A stretch of DNA of 60,996 nucleotides from Candidatus Omnitrophota bacterium (GCA_028710405.1 JAQTUD010000001.1:1-60996), one strand, 5' to 3'; shown: positions 18,621-29,181, counted from the first letter of the stretch. Program-made: numbers and translations. The notes: generated by a model from the sequence alone, not told the origin.

Positions 18621-19040
18621 CTACTTTCCCTTAGCTGCGGGTGCTGCTGCGGGTTTCTTAGTTTCAGCCTTTACGATAATCGCCATACCGCCTTTTTTCG
18701 GCCCTTTGCGCGTCCTGGCATTGGTGCGCGTGCGCTGTCCGCGTACAGGGAGGCCTCTTTTATGGCGCATCCCTCTCCAGGAACCGATATCCATCAATCT
18801 CTTGATATTCTGGGAGATTTCCCTGCGCAGGTCACCTTCCATTTTATAGCCGCTCTTTTGAATGCTGGCGGTGATACGCGAAACCTCTTCTTCCGTCAGG
18901 TCTTTGGCGCGCTTAGCAGGGTCAACCTGGGCGTCTTTTAGCATCTTCACGGATAAAAACCTGCCCACCCCATACAAATAGGTCAACGCGATATCAATTC
19001 TTTTCTCCTTGGGTAAATCTACCCCTAATATCCTTGGCAC
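18621..19040 (-). CDS. rpsM: 30S ribosomal protein S13
   Basis: 139 aa. Starts [15 protein letters not shown]. Has a short Ala/Lys-rich C-terminal tail. Confidence 0.97.
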   Translation of the reverse strand: MPRILGVDLPKEKRIDIALTYLYGVGRFLSVKMLKDAQVDPAKRAKDLTEEEVSRITASIQKSGYKMEGDLRREISQNIKRLMDIGSWRGMRHKRGLPVRGQRTRTNARTRKGPKKGGMAIIVKAETKKPAAAPAAKGK

Positions 19041-19055
19041 GACTTCACTCCTTTG

Positions 19056-19169
19056 TTATCCCTGCCGCTGTTTATGCTTGGGAGTAGTACAGATCACCCG
19101 GACTACACCCCTTCTTTTAATAATCTTACACCTGTCACAAATTTTTTTTACGGAGGCCTTTACTTTCAT
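19056..19169 (-). CDS. rpmJ: 50S ribosomal protein L36 (zinc-binding form)
   Basis: Not in the ORF track because it is too short. Hand translation gives [37 protein letters not shown] with a stop at 19056-19058. It sits in the canonical infA-rpmJ-rpsM position. Confidence 0.93.
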   Translation of the reverse strand: MKVKASVKKICDRCKIIKRRGVVRVICTTPKHKQRQG

Positions 19170-19190
19170 CCCGCACCTTCTGCTTTCTTC

Positions 19191-19409
19191 TTATCTTACC
19201 CTAAAGGTTATCCTTCCCCTAGTCAAATCATATGGTGAAAGTTCCAACTTTACTTTATCTCCCGGAAGTATGCGGATAAAATTCATACGCATCTTCCCGG
19301 ATACATGCGCCAATACCTGATGGCCATTTTCTAATTCTACCCTAAACATCGCGTTAGGAAGCGCTTCAACTATTTTCCCTTCGGTCTCGATCAGTTCTTC
19401 TTTTGCCAT
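19191..19409 (-). CDS. infA: translation initiation factor IF-1
   Basis: 72 aa S1-like OB fold. Contains ...[21 protein letters not shown]. Confidence 0.97.
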   Translation of the reverse strand: MAKEELIETEGKIVEALPNAMFRVELENGHQVLAHVSGKMRMNFIRILPGDKVKLELSPYDLTRGRITFRVR

Positions 19410-19410
19410 T

Positions 19411-20154
19411 TTAAATAGTCAGGACCTCCGGTCCTTTCTCTGTTATGGCTACCGTATGTTCAAAATGCGCGGAAAGGCTGCCATCTTTGGTTACGGCAGT
19501 CCAACCGTTATCAAGGATCATGGCTTCCCAAGTGCCCATATTTACCATCGGCTCAATAGCCAGGACCATTCCCGCTTTTAATACCGGCCCAACTCCCGGC
19601 CTGCCAAAATTGGGGATCTCCGGCTCTTCGTGTAAATTGTTACCTATGCCGTGCCCCACGAACTGCCTGACCACCGAGAATCCGTTATCTTCCACGTAGT
19701 TCTGGACTGCCCAGGAGATATCTGATAAATGATTCCCTACCTTGGCTTTATTTATGCCCTCAAAGAGCGCGCCCCTTGTAACTTCAACTAATTTCTTTAC
19801 TTTCTCTGGCACCCTTCCGATTATCATGGTAGCCGCGGTATCTGAGAAATAACCCTGGTAATTTATCCCTATATCCAGGCTTAAAATATCCCCCTCGCGC
19901 ATCTTCCTTTGGTCGGGTATGCCGTGCACAATCTCTTCATTTAAGGAAGCGCATATGGTCGCCGGAAACCCCTTATACCCCTTAAAAGCCGGCAGGGCAT
20001 TCTCTTTTAATACTAACTCTTCCGCCAGATGATCTATCTCTTTAGTAGAGATACCCGGCTTGACGGCCTCCAGCACCTGTTTTGTTATGCCGGATAAAAT
20101 CTTGCCTGCCGAGCGCAACATCTGAAGGTCTTTCTCGGACTTTATGGGGATCAT
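19411..20154 (-). CDS. map: type I methionine aminopeptidase
   Basis: 247 aa. Metal-ligand contexts are present, such as HGIPD and FVGHGIG. Sits in the spc-operon position. Confidence 0.93.
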   Translation of the reverse strand: MIPIKSEKDLQMLRSAGKILSGITKQVLEAVKPGISTKEIDHLAEELVLKENALPAFKGYKGFPATICASLNEEIVHGIPDQRKMREGDILSLDIGINYQGYFSDTAATMIIGRVPEKVKKLVEVTRGALFEGINKAKVGNHLSDISWAVQNYVEDNGFSVVRQFVGHGIGNNLHEEPEIPNFGRPGVGPVLKAGMVLAIEPMVNMGTWEAMILDNGWTAVTKDGSLSAHFEHTVAITEKGPEVLTI

Positions 20155-20801
20155 CCCTTGGCCTGGGCCAATTTTATGATATTATCCAGGACTATGTCCT
20201 TATCCTCGTCGGCGGATAAACGGGATAACTTCTTTTGGTCCTGATAATATTTGATCAGCGCGGAGGCTTCTTGGCGATAAACCTGCAGCCTCTTCTTTAC
20301 TGTTTCTTCCTTATCATCGCTGCGCTGATAAAGCTTACCGCCGCAATTGTCGCATATCCCATCTAGCTTCGGAGGCATATTCTTGATATGGAAGATCATC
20401 CCGCACTTACTGCATACCAGCCGGCCGCTGAGGCGTTGTATTATTATCTCCTCGGCAGAATCAAGATAAACCACCAGGTCTATATCCAGGCCCAACTGCT
20501 TAAGCAACCCCTCCAGCACCTTGGCCTGGCTGATATTCCTGGGATAACCGTCCAGGATAAAACCTTTTTTTACGTCGGGATTACTAAACCTGTCAATGAG
20601 CATCTTCGACATTAATTCGTCAGGCACCAGCAACCCACGCTCCATATAACTCTTGGCTTCTTTGCCTAACTGCGTGCCTTCTTTTGCGTTCTGACGCAGG
20701 ATATCCCCGGTGGAAATATGCGGCAGGGATAATTTTTCCGCTAATCTTTTTGCCTGCGTGCCTTTACCCGCTCCCGGAGGCCCTAATAAAACGATGTTCA
20801 T
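20151..20801 (-). CDS. adk: adenylate kinase (Cys4 zinc lid)
   Basis: 216 aa. Has the P-loop GPPGAGKGT. The lid is CSKCG...CDNCG. Confidence 0.95.
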   Translation of the reverse strand: MNIVLLGPPGAGKGTQAKRLAEKLSLPHISTGDILRQNAKEGTQLGKEAKSYMERGLLVPDELMSKMLIDRFSNPDVKKGFILDGYPRNISQAKVLEGLLKQLGLDIDLVVYLDSAEEIIIQRLSGRLVCSKCGMIFHIKNMPPKLDGICDNCGGKLYQRSDDKEETVKKRLQVYRQEASALIKYYQDQKKLSRLSADEDKDIVLDNIIKLAQAKG

Positions 20802-22147
20802 TACCTTCTCCCCTTGATCGCCCCCGCCTTGATAAAGCCTTCGTAATGATGGGTCAATAGATGCGATTCGATCTGTTTTAAGGTATCCAGCATTACTCCG
20901 ACGGTGATCAGGATGCCGGTCCCGCCGAAAAACGAGGCCACCAGGTACGGGATCTTCAGCCAGGCCATAATAAAATCCGGAAATATGGCGATAACAGCGA
21001 TAAATATGGCCCCCGCCAGTGTGATCCGGGTCATTACAAAATCTAAAAACTCCGCGGTAGAAATCCCGGGGCGGATCCCCGGAATAAAACCGCCGAATTT
21101 CTTCATATTCTCTGCCAGCTCGGTAGGATTAAAAACAATCGCCGTGTAAAAATAGCAGAAGAAGATTATCAACAACGCGTACATCACCGTATAAAGCAGG
21201 TGCCCGCGGATAAAACTCTGCGCCAGATTCTGGAACGCGGGATTCGGAATAAATGAAGCTAATGTAGCCGGAAAAAGAATCAATGACTGGGCAAAGATAA
21301 TCGCGATGACCCCGGAGGTATCTACTTTAAGGGGGATATAAGTAGACTGTCCGCCATAGATCTTTCTGCCGACTATCCTGCGGGCGTATTGCACCGGGAT
21401 CTTTCTCTGGCCCTGCGTGATCATGATCACGGAGAATACTACCGCCACCAGGAAGAAGGCCATGATCAATAAAGTGAACGGCTGTATCTGCCGGCGAGCG
21501 GAATTAAATGGTGACATGAGGACGAATAGCTGATGTCCTGCCGCCGGGATCCTGGAGATAATGCCTGCGGTGATAACCAGCGATATACCGTTACCTATTC
21601 CCCTCTCCTGTATCTGTTCGCCCAGCCACATGATAAATATGGTGCCGGTGGTAAGCGTCAAAACGGTAAGTAGCCGAAAACCTAATCCCGGATGCAGAAC
21701 TATCTTGAGGCCCTCAAAACGCGCCGGATTCTCCAGCCACAGGGCGATGAAAAAAGACTGCACTATAGAAAGAACGACTGTCCCGTAACGGGTATACTGA
21801 TTTATCTTTTCGTGCCCTGTCCTGCCCTCTTTAGCGATCTTCTCCAGGGCCGGGATAACGGCAGTCAGAAGTTGTAAAATAATAGAAGCTGAAATATAAG
21901 GCATTATCCCCAGCGCGAAAATCGTCAACCTCTCCATCGCGCCGCCGGAGAACATATTGATAATGCCAAAGAGCGTTCCCCCTTGCGTCTTGGCTATCCG
22001 GTTAAAAAACTCAGCCAACGCCGTTCCGTCAATGCCAGGGGTCGGGATATAGCAGCCGACGCGGTAAATAAAGATTAAGAAGGCGGTAACTATAAGCCTT
22101 TTTTTTAAATCGGGTATCCTGAATGCGTTCAGGAGGGCGCTAAACAT
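20801..22147 (-). CDS. secY: preprotein translocase subunit SecY
   Basis: 448 aa polytopic membrane protein in the canonical position after rplO. Confidence 0.96.
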   Translation of the reverse strand: MFSALLNAFRIPDLKKRLIVTAFLIFIYRVGCYIPTPGIDGTALAEFFNRIAKTQGGTLFGIINMFSGGAMERLTIFALGIMPYISASIILQLLTAVIPALEKIAKEGRTGHEKINQYTRYGTVVLSIVQSFFIALWLENPARFEGLKIVLHPGLGFRLLTVLTLTTGTIFIMWLGEQIQERGIGNGISLVITAGIISRIPAAGHQLFVLMSPFNSARRQIQPFTLLIMAFFLVAVVFSVIMITQGQRKIPVQYARRIVGRKIYGGQSTYIPLKVDTSGVIAIIFAQSLILFPATLASFIPNPAFQNLAQSFIRGHLLYTVMYALLIIFFCYFYTAIVFNPTELAENMKKFGGFIPGIRPGISTAEFLDFVMTRITLAGAIFIAVIAIFPDFIMAWLKIPYLVASFFGGTGILITVGVMLDTLKQIESHLLTHHYEGFIKAGAIKGRR

Positions 22148-22676
22148 TGATGATCTCTGCCTTGCCTCCGGCGCTCTGGATATTCTCCATTGCCTTTTTA
22201 GAGAAAGCGTGGGCCGTAATGTTTATGGGGTTCTTCAGTTGGCCATCGCCAAGGATCTTCACCAATTTACTCTTATCTTTGATTAAACCGCTTGTCTTGA
22301 GTACATCCAGGGTAATGGTTGTTTCTTTTACCCTGCTTAAATCTCTTAAATTAACTATCTGATAGGACGTCCTGAATTTACTGGTAAAGCCCCTCTTGGG
22401 CATCCTGCGGATCAAAGGAGACTGGCCGCCTTCAAACCCTAAGTAAAAATGTCTGCCGGCACGGGAGGTCTGTCCTTTACTTCCACGGGTGGAAGTTTTA
22501 CCATGGCCGGAACCAGGACCCCGGCCAAGCAGCTTCTTCTTTTTATGCGCGCCCCGAGGCACGGATAACTTATACAAAGCTACCGTCTCTTCCAGCAAAA
22601 CCTTTTTTGCCGGTTTTTTAGCGGCAGCCTTAACCGGCCGGATTATTTTCTTGTTCTTTAATTCTTTCTTTTCCAT
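22140..22676 (-). CDS. rplO: 50S ribosomal protein L15 with a ~30-aa Lys/Ala-rich N-terminal extension
   Basis: 178 aa. The core GRGPGSGHGKTSTRG.KGQ is typical L15. It follows rpsE directly, with no rpmD between them. Confidence 0.93.
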   Translation of the reverse strand: MEKKELKNKKIIRPVKAAAKKPAKKVLLEETVALYKLSVPRGAHKKKKLLGRGPGSGHGKTSTRGSKGQTSRAGRHFYLGFEGGQSPLIRRMPKRGFTSKFRTSYQIVNLRDLSRVKETTITLDVLKTSGLIKDKSKLVKILGDGQLKNPINITAHAFSKKAMENIQSAGGKAEIINV

Positions 22677-22679
22677 GAA

Positions 22680-23132
22680 TTACGCCTTTAAGTTCTGTAG
22701 ACCTTCAACTGTGGCTTTGATAACATTTACCGGATTATTAGATCTCAGGCATTTAGTCAGGATATCTTTTATGCCGCAGGCCTCGCAGATAGCCCTTACC
22801 GGCCCGGCAGCGATTACACCCGTTCCTTCAGAAGCCGGCTTAAGCAGCACGCGCGCCGCCCCGTATGAACCAATTATTTCATGAGGGATAGTGGAACCTT
22901 CCAGGGTAACATTAAAAAGGCTCTTCTTTGCCTTGGCCAACGCCTTACGAATAGCATCAGCCACTTCATTTGCCTTCTCCTGGGCAAAACCCACGCGCCC
23001 CTTAGTATCCCCCACCACAACCAAGGCGCTGAAATGCAATTTCTTGCCTCCCTTGGTTACTTTTGTTACGCGGTTAATGGTAATAATCTTCTCTATTAAA
23101 TCCGATTGTTGTGCAATATTTAATGGGCGCAT
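22680..23132 (-). CDS. rpsE: 30S ribosomal protein S5
   Basis: 150 aa. Contains ...[24 protein letters not shown]. Confidence 0.97.
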   Translation of the reverse strand: MRPLNIAQQSDLIEKIITINRVTKVTKGGKKLHFSALVVVGDTKGRVGFAQEKANEVADAIRKALAKAKKSLFNVTLEGSTIPHEIIGSYGAARVLLKPASEGTGVIAAGPVRAICEACGIKDILTKCLRSNNPVNVIKATVEGLQNLKA

Positions 23133-23135
23133 AAT

Positions 23136-23495
23136 CTAAAAGACCAGCCCTCCTTTTCTGGCGGCATCGGCAAAGGCTTTTATCCTGCCGTGATATAAAT
23201 AACCCGCGCGGTCAAAAATAACTTTACTAATGCCTTTTTCTTTGGCTCTCTTGGCGAATTCCTGGCCAAAAAGTTCTGCCGCCTTGACGTTGCCGCCTCC
23301 GGGCAGCTTTTGCCTGATCTCCTTGCTCAACGAAGAGAGAGAAAGAAGGATTTGGCCCGCGGCGTCATCTATGACCTGGGCGGAAAAGTGTTTCAGGCTT
23401 CTATGCACGACCAGGCGCGGCTTTTGAGCATTGCCCTGCATCCTTAATCTCGTGCTTCTACGCCTCTTTAACCTTAATTGTTCTTTCTTATTCAT
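23136..23495 (-). CDS. rplR: 50S ribosomal protein L18
   Basis: 119 aa. Ends ...FDRAGYLYHGRIKAFADAARKGGLVF. Confidence 0.97.
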   Translation of the reverse strand: MNKKEQLRLKRRRSTRLRMQGNAQKPRLVVHRSLKHFSAQVIDDAAGQILLSLSSLSKEIRQKLPGGGNVKAAELFGQEFAKRAKEKGISKVIFDRAGYLYHGRIKAFADAARKGGLVF

Positions 23496-23505
23496 AGTTT
23501 TTTCC

Positions 23506-23540
23506 TGGTCTATAGTCTATGGACTATTGACTATGGACTA
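23506..23540. repeat. five tandem heptamers in the rplF-rplR spacer
   Basis: Minus strand reads TAGTCCA TAGTCAA TAGTCCA TAGACTA TAGACCA. The first TAG is the rplF stop codon. Confidence 0.8.
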
Positions 23541-24083
23541 TTTTGTGGTGGCCTGGGCCTTACCGACCTTCTTCTTTATATATTCTCCCGCGAAGCGTAT
23601 ACCCTTGCCCTTATATGGCTCAGGCGGGCATATGGCGCGGATCTCAGTAGCAAGCCTACCCACCCTCTCCTTGTCTATGCCCCTGATTACGATCTGGGTG
23701 AGTTTAGGTGTCTCTATCTTAATACCTTCAGGTGACGGGATATTCACCGGATGCGAGAAACCTAATTGCAAATTCAGATTATTACCCTGCATCTGGGCCT
23801 TAAAACCTACGCCTATTATTTCTAATTCCTTAGTATAACCCTGGGTGACCCCTTTTATCATATTTGATATAAGAGACCGGTAAAGCCCATGAAACGCCCT
23901 ATCCTGCTTTGTATCCTGTAGTCTTTTTACCGTGACCTTTGCGTCTTTTACCTCAACGCTGATCCTGGGAGAAAAAGACTGGGTCAATTTTCCCTTTGGC
24001 CCTTCTACGTAGACAGAATTATCTTTTACTTCTATCAAGACGTCTTTAGGTATATCTAATGGTTTTTTTCCTATTCTTGACAT
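23538..24083 (-). CDS. rplF: 50S ribosomal protein L6
   Basis: 181 aa. Starts MSRIGKKPLDIPKDV. Confidence 0.97.
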   Translation of the reverse strand: MSRIGKKPLDIPKDVLIEVKDNSVYVEGPKGKLTQSFSPRISVEVKDAKVTVKRLQDTKQDRAFHGLYRSLISNMIKGVTQGYTKELEIIGVGFKAQMQGNNLNLQLGFSHPVNIPSPEGIKIETPKLTQIVIRGIDKERVGRLATEIRAICPPEPYKGKGIRFAGEYIKKKVGKAQATTK

Positions 24084-24105
24084 TGAACGAGCCCTCTTAT
24101 CTCCC

Positions 24106-24501
24106 TTACCAAATATTGGCGATAACTTCTCCGCCGATACCCAGCTCCCTGGCTTGTTTATCCGTCATTACCCCGGCAGATGTAGAGATAATCGCTACCC
24201 CCCTGCCTCTCAATATCGGAATAACTTCCTTGCACGTGGCATAGACACGCAGCCCCGGCTTAGAGATCCTTTTTATATTCCTGATCGCCGGTTTTTTCGC
24301 TATATACTTTAAATAAATCCTGACTAAACCCTGCTTTTTATCCTCAATAAACTTAAAATCCTCAATATAGCCTTCATTCTTAAGGATCTCCAGAATAGAC
24401 CTCATAATCCCTGAAGCGGGAACATCCACATTCTCTTTGTGTGCCATGATGGCATTGCGCATCATGGTAAAATTATCCGCGATTAAATCAGTCCTGGACA
24501 T
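24106..24501 (-). CDS. rpsH: 30S ribosomal protein S8
   Basis: 131 aa. Contains ...DLIADNFTMMRNA. Confidence 0.97.
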   Translation of the reverse strand: MSRTDLIADNFTMMRNAIMAHKENVDVPASGIMRSILEILKNEGYIEDFKFIEDKKQGLVRIYLKYIAKKPAIRNIKRISKPGLRVYATCKEVIPILRGRGVAIISTSAGVMTDKQARELGIGGEVIANIW

Positions 24502-24548
24502 AATTTAAATATCTCCTCACTAGTATGCTTTCTTACTTTCCTACTTTT

Positions 24549-24731
24549 TTACCAGCTGGCCTTCTTGACCCCGGGTATCAACCCCTGCCAGACCAGTTCC
24601 CTAAAACATAGACGGCAAAGCTGGAATCTACGTAAATATCCGCCGCTCCTGCCGCAAATACTACAACGGTTATATTTACGCGTGGAGAATTTCGGCCTCT
24701 TCCATCTTGCTAACTGTGAATTTTTCGCCAT
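24549..24731 (-). CDS. rpsN: 30S ribosomal protein S14, short zinc-binding (type Z) form
   Basis: 60 aa. The Cys4 motif is [23 protein letters not shown]. Confidence 0.96.
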   Translation of the reverse strand: MAKNSQLARWKRPKFSTRKYNRCSICGRSGGYLRRFQLCRLCFRELVWQGLIPGVKKASW

Positions 24732-24736
24732 ATTAT

Positions 24737-25291
24737 TTATTGTTCCTTGGTTTTAAAAGGCATACCGAATAACTTCAGCAATTCCCTTGACTGCTCTTTA
24801 GATTTAGAACCGCTTATGCAAAAGGTAATATCCATCCCCTGGGGCCGCCCTATCCGATCGATCTCTAATTCCGGGAATATCCCCTGCTCATTTAAACCCA
24901 ACGAATAGTTCCCTTGCTGATCAAAGGCATCCGCCGATACTCCTCTGAAGTCGCGGATACGCGGCAAGGCAACATTTAAAAGCCTGTCCATAAATTCATA
25001 CATCATCGCACTCCTGAGGGTAACCTTGCAGCCTATCGGAAGGTTCTCTCTGATCTTAAAATTAGAGATGGCCTTCTTTGCCCGGCGTATCACCGGCTTC
25101 TGCCCGGTGATCAACCCCAGCTCTTCGGCGGATTTATCCAGGTTCTTAATATCCAGGATTGCTTCTCCGACCCCCATGTTCACCACTATCTTCTTGATGC
25201 GCGGGACAGCATGCTTATTTTTCAGGTTAAAAGCCTGCATCATCGCAGGAACGATCTCGTTTTTATATTTTTCTGATAATCTGGGTACCAT
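24737..25291 (-). CDS. rplE: 50S ribosomal protein L5
   Basis: 184 aa, recognised by sequence and spc-operon order. Confidence 0.97.
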   Translation of the reverse strand: MVPRLSEKYKNEIVPAMMQAFNLKNKHAVPRIKKIVVNMGVGEAILDIKNLDKSAEELGLITGQKPVIRRAKKAISNFKIRENLPIGCKVTLRSAMMYEFMDRLLNVALPRIRDFRGVSADAFDQQGNYSLGLNEQGIFPELEIDRIGRPQGMDITFCISGSKSKEQSRELLKLFGMPFKTKEQ

Positions 25292-25301
25292 ATTGCCTCA
25301 C

Positions 25302-25613
25302 TTATATTGCTTGTTTACAAACCTTGCAGATCCTGGATTTAGTCCCGTCTTTAAGCAGTAAAAAGCCTGTGCGCACCGGACGGTTACAATTCTTGCATAA
25401 TAGGCTCAAGTTGGATAAGCTTATGGGGGCCTCAATGGAAATAATGCCTCCCTGCTGATCCTGGCGGGTACGGCGGGAATGCTTTTTTACCATATTTATG
25501 CCTTCCACGATAGCGCGCTTTTTATCAGGAATGACTATCATGACCTTGCCTTTTTTACCGCTATCCCTGCCTTTCACAACTTCTATCTGGTCGCCTTTTT
25601 TTATCTTTTGCAT
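25302..25613 (-). CDS. rplX: 50S ribosomal protein L24 (with a CxxC...CxxC segment)
   Basis: 103 aa. Has the KOW motif KKGDQIEVVKGRDSGKKGKV. Also carries CKNC...CKVC. Confidence 0.96.
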   Translation of the reverse strand: MQKIKKGDQIEVVKGRDSGKKGKVMIVIPDKKRAIVEGINMVKKHSRRTRQDQQGGIISIEAPISLSNLSLLCKNCNRPVRTGFLLLKDGTKSRICKVCKQAI

Positions 25614-25623
25614 TTTTAAATTC

Positions 25624-25992
25624 CTATATTACTTCCGGGGCCAGGGAGATGATCTTGGTAAAATTCATCTCTCTCAATTCCCTGGCTACGGGCCCAAAGA
25701 CACGCGTGCCCCGCGGATTAAGTTGAGGGTCTATGAACACTACGGCGTTGCGGTCAAAACGCAAAAGCGAACCATCGCTCCTTCTGATGGCGGCCCTGGT
25801 CCTTACTACAACCGCCTTGCCGACCTCTCCCTTTTTCACTACGGCATCCGGAGAAGATTCTTTTACATTGACATTAATGATATCGCCGATATTGGCGATC
25901 ATGGCGTTCTTCTTGCCCAGGACACCGATCATGGCGACTCTTTTTGCCCCTGTATTATCCGCCACATCTAAAATACTGCGTAATTGAATCAT
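25624..25992 (-). CDS. rplN: 50S ribosomal protein L14
   Basis: 122 aa. Starts [17 protein letters not shown]. Confidence 0.97.
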   Translation of the reverse strand: MIQLRSILDVADNTGAKRVAMIGVLGKKNAMIANIGDIINVNVKESSPDAVVKKGEVGKAVVVRTRAAIRRSDGSLLRFDRNAVVFIDPQLNPRGTRVFGPVARELREMNFTKIISLAPEVI

Positions 25993-26270
25993 ACTACTTC
26001 CTCTTTCAACTGCACCTTGAGCACCTGAGCACTTTTTATGACTTTAGCGATCCGGAAATACTTATCCTTGGATAAAGGCCGGGTCTCAATGATCTGCACG
26101 GTATCCCCGATATGCGTGGCATTCTTCTCGTCGTGCGCCTTAAATTTATTGTATTTTTTTAAAACCCTGCCGTATTTAGGATGCTTGGCCAGGCGCAAAA
26201 TGCTTACCACGCGGGTCTTCTGCATCTTATCGCTCACTACGGTGCCTATAAATGTCTTCCTCTTACCCAT
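25989..26270 (-). CDS. rpsQ: 30S ribosomal protein S17
   Basis: 93 aa, recognised by sequence and operon order. Confidence 0.96.
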   Translation of the reverse strand: MGKRKTFIGTVVSDKMQKTRVVSILRLAKHPKYGRVLKKYNKFKAHDEKNATHIGDTVQIIETRPLSKDKYFRIAKVIKSAQVLKVQLKEEVV

Positions 26271-26286
26271 TCCTTTTTACTCCTTT

Positions 26287-26490
26287 TCAAGCCTGCAGAC
26301 TAGATTTTCTCTTGGCGTTCATAATAGTACGGATACGCGCGATATCCTTCTTTAAGAGAGAAAACATATGCGGCTTCTCAACCGCGCCGGTATAACGCTG
26401 CGTATTCAACTTGAATAGCTCTTCCTTCAATGCCCCTTCCTTCTGCGAGAGCTCTTCCTTGGAAAGGCCTTCTAAATCTTTTGTCTTCAC
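26287..26490 (-). CDS. rpmC: 50S ribosomal protein L29 (GTG start)
   Basis: 67 aa. Its start codon is GTG, preceded by GAGGAGATATTTAAA. Confidence 0.94.
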   Translation of the reverse strand: MKTKDLEGLSKEELSQKEGALKEELFKLNTQRYTGAVEKPHMFSLLKKDIARIRTIMNAKRKSSLQA

Positions 26491-26505
26491 TTTAAATATC
26501 TCCTC

Positions 26506-26925
26506 TTACTTCTTATGCAGGCGCGAGACAAACTTTGCCTTCATCGGCAGCTTATAAGCCACCAGCCTGAAACATTGTAACGCGTATTCTTCGGGTATGC
26601 CGCCTAATTCAAAAAGGATCTTTCCTCTTTTTACTACCGCCACCCAATGGCTTAAGTCGCCCTTGCCTTTACCCATACGCACTTCTGCCTGTTTCTTGGT
26701 TATGGATTTATCCGGAAAAATCCTGATCCAGAGCTTTCCGCCTTTATGCAACTGCCTGGCCAAGATAACCCGCACCGCTTCAATTTGCGTATTCTTGATC
26801 CACCCGTTCTCCATAGCCTTTAAACCAAATTCGCCAAAGGCAAGCTCAAAACCGGTAGTAGCTATGCCTCTACGGGTCCCTTTTTGTAATTTGCGGTACT
26901 TTACTCTCTTAGGCATTAAAGCCAT
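26506..26925 (-). CDS. rplP: 50S ribosomal protein L16
   Basis: 139 aa. Starts [12 protein letters not shown]. Confidence 0.97.
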   Translation of the reverse strand: MALMPKRVKYRKLQKGTRRGIATTGFELAFGEFGLKAMENGWIKNTQIEAVRVILARQLHKGGKLWIRIFPDKSITKKQAEVRMGKGKGDLSHWVAVVKRGKILFELGGIPEEYALQCFRLVAYKLPMKAKFVSRLHKK

Positions 26926-26937
26926 ATTTTTTCCCTT

Positions 26938-27651
26938 TTATTGTTTTCCCGGCCTAGAGGCGACTTGTTCAACGGATGCCTTCTGCTGCGGGGCCTCAAG
27001 CTTCGCTGCCCTGGAGCCCTTAGCAGTCAAAATATCTCCTTTATAAATCCAGACTTTTATTCCGACAAGCCCATATGTAGTCAGGGCTTCGGCCAGGCCA
27101 TAATCTATATCCGCGCGCAGAGTCTGCAATGGCACCTTACCCTGCTTATAAGTCTCAGTACGGGCAAGTTCGGCGCCATTAAGCCTGCCGGCGCAACATA
27201 CCCTTATCCCTTTTGCTCCCGAGTTCATTGATTGTTCCATGGCGCGTTTTACCGCCCTGCGAAAAGCCACTCTTCTTTCTATCTGCAACGCTATATTCTG
27301 CCCCACTAATTGCGCGTCTAAATTCGGGGCCTTAACTTCTTCTATATCAATGGATACTTCACTCTTGACCAAATCATTCAAATGCTGGCGTAATTGCTCA
27401 ATATCGGCGCCGTGACGGCCGATAATGATCCCTGGCCGGGCGGTAAGTATGCGTATCTTAAGCCGCTGCGCCAATCTTTCAATAATGATCTGAGAAACGG
27501 CCGCCTGCTTGAATTTTTCCCGGATGAATTTTCTTATCTGGTAATCCTGCTTGATATAAAGAGGGAATTCCTTAGTCTTGGCAAACCAGCGGCTGTGCCA
27601 GGTCCTTAAAAACCCGACCCTTAATATGAACGGATGAACCTTTTGTCCCAT
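26938..27651 (-). CDS. rpsC: 30S ribosomal protein S3
   Basis: 237 aa. Starts MGQKVHPFILRVG. Confidence 0.97.
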   Translation of the reverse strand: MGQKVHPFILRVGFLRTWHSRWFAKTKEFPLYIKQDYQIRKFIREKFKQAAVSQIIIERLAQRLKIRILTARPGIIIGRHGADIEQLRQHLNDLVKSEVSIDIEEVKAPNLDAQLVGQNIALQIERRVAFRRAVKRAMEQSMNSGAKGIRVCCAGRLNGAELARTETYKQGKVPLQTLRADIDYGLAEALTTYGLVGIKVWIYKGDILTAKGSRAAKLEAPQQKASVEQVASRPGKQ

Positions 27652-28053
27652 TTATTTTAGCTCCTTTATGCCCGCCTTTACTTTTTGCTTTTTTTTGCTT
27701 TCCGCCTTCTGTTCTGGGCCTTTTGTTTCCATGTCTAACTCTATCCTGATATGCGAAGTCCTTTTTTCAATTGGCGAAGCCCTGCCAAAAGCGGCCGCCT
27801 TAAACCTTTTCCAGGTCGGGCCGGGATTAGCGACTATCTTAGAAATATAAAGCTGGTTTTCACTAAAACCCTTGACCTTGGCATTAGCGACCGCGGATTT
27901 CAATATCTTGGAAACATATTCTTTGGCGCGCTTATTTAAAAAACGCAATATACTCTGTGCCTCCACTACACTCTTTCTTCTCAAGAGCGTAATAACTTGT
28001 CCAGCCTTAGAGGGTGATATGCGTAAGAATTTTCCTTCTGCCTTAGCGATCAT
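27652..28053 (-). CDS. rplV: 50S ribosomal protein L22
   Basis: 133 aa, with a Lys-rich C-terminal tail. Confidence 0.96.
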   Translation of the reverse strand: MIAKAEGKFLRISPSKAGQVITLLRRKSVVEAQSILRFLNKRAKEYVSKILKSAVANAKVKGFSENQLYISKIVANPGPTWKRFKAAAFGRASPIEKRTSHIRIELDMETKGPEQKAESKKKQKVKAGIKELK

Positions 28054-28054
28054 T

Positions 28055-28342
28055 TTAGGTTAGCTCCACGGATTTCTTGGCCTTGACGCCGCCATGTTTC
28101 CTGAAGATCCTGGAAGGGGAAAACTCCCCTAATTTATGCCCGACCATATTCTCGGTAACATATACCGGGATATGCTTCCTTCCATCATAGACCGCGAAAG
28201 TCAAACCTACAAAATCCGGGATGATGGTGGAGCGGCGCGACCAGGTCTTTATCGCCTGGCGTATCCCGGCCTTGCGGGCCCTCTCCGCTTTTTTTAATAA
28301 TTTCTCTTCAACAAACGGGCCTTTTTTAAGTGAACGCGGCAT
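28055..28342 (-). CDS. rpsS: 30S ribosomal protein S19
   Basis: 95 aa. Starts [11 protein letters not shown]. Confidence 0.97.
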   Translation of the reverse strand: MPRSLKKGPFVEEKLLKKAERARKAGIRQAIKTWSRRSTIIPDFVGLTFAVYDGRKHIPVYVTENMVGHKLGEFSPSRIFRKHGGVKAKKSVELT

Positions 28343-28344
28343 CT

Positions 28345-29181
28345 TTATGTCCTTCTCTTTACAATAAATGGGTTAGAATATCTTTTATCTTTCCTGGTCC
28401 TGTAACCTTTAGTGGGTTTTCCCCAGGGAGTTACCGGGTGAGGATTACCCTGTCCGGATTTCCCTTCGCCGCCTCCGTGCGGATGGTCCACCGGGTTCAT
28501 CGCCAGGCCGCGCACTGTCGGCCTTATGCCCATCCAACGCTTTCTTCCTGCCTTACCTATAGAAATAGCCTCGTGTTCAATATTACCCATCTGACCGATG
28601 GTGGCGTGGCAATCCAGGCTTATCTTTCTGACTTCCCCTGAAGGCATCCTGATATGGGCAAAATCATTCTCTTTGGCCATGATCTGCGCGCTTGATCCGG
28701 CACTCCTGACGATCTGTCCGCCCTGGCCTTTATTCATTTCCAGATTATGTATCAGGGTCCCGGAAGGTATAAACCTTAACAATAGGCAATTTCCGGTCTT
28801 GATCTCCGCGTCCTTCTGATTGGAGGATATAATCGAATCCCCCACTTTTAATTCCGCCGGGGCCAGGATATACTTTTTCTGTTTATCAGGATATTCTATT
28901 AAAGCCAGCCTTGCCGAACGGTTCGGGTCATATTCAATGCTTAAGACCTTGGCAGGCACATCATAGATATCCCGCTTAAAATCAACAATGCGCAACATCT
29001 GTTTATGACCGCCGCCGATATGGCGGGTCGTAATACGGCCGTGCACATTCCTGCCGCCGGTTTTTTTGAGCGGAAGAAGCAAGGATTTCTCCGGCTCCTT
29101 ATGTTTAGTAAGTTCCGCGAAATCCGCGCCGCTCATCCCGCGCCTTGAAGGTGTTGTCGGCCTAAAGTTTCTTATTCCCAT
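28345..29181 (-). CDS. rplB: 50S ribosomal protein L2
   Basis: 278 aa. Contains ...[14 protein letters not shown]. Confidence 0.98.
   Translation of the reverse strand: MGIRNFRPTTPSRRGMSGADFAELTKHKEPEKSLLLPLKKTGGRNVHGRITTRHIGGGHKQMLRIVDFKRDIYDVPAKVLSIEYDPNRSARLALIEYPDKQKKYILAPAELKVGDSIISSNQKDAEIKTGNCLLLRFIPSGTLIHNLEMNKGQGGQIVRSAGSSAQIMAKENDFAHIRMPSGEVRKISLDCHATIGQMGNIEHEAISIGKAGRKRWMGIRPTVRGLAMNPVDHPHGGGEGKSGQGNPHPVTPWGKPTKGYRTRKDKRYSNPFIVKRRT

Noticed and set aside
25302-25613. The Cys4 (CKNC...CKVC) segment in L24 as a novelty.
   Set aside because: As far as I recall, zinc-ribbon-containing L24 variants exist in several thermophilic and deep-branching bacteria. It fits with the other zinc-form r-proteins here (S14 type Z, L33, L36). 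I treat it as a lineage trait.
24504-26505. An identical 15-nt string, GAGGAGATATTTAAA, upstream of both rpsH and rpmC.
   Set aside because: It is a Shine-Dalgarno sequence plus an AT-rich spacer. Short identical RBS contexts are expected among highly expressed genes.
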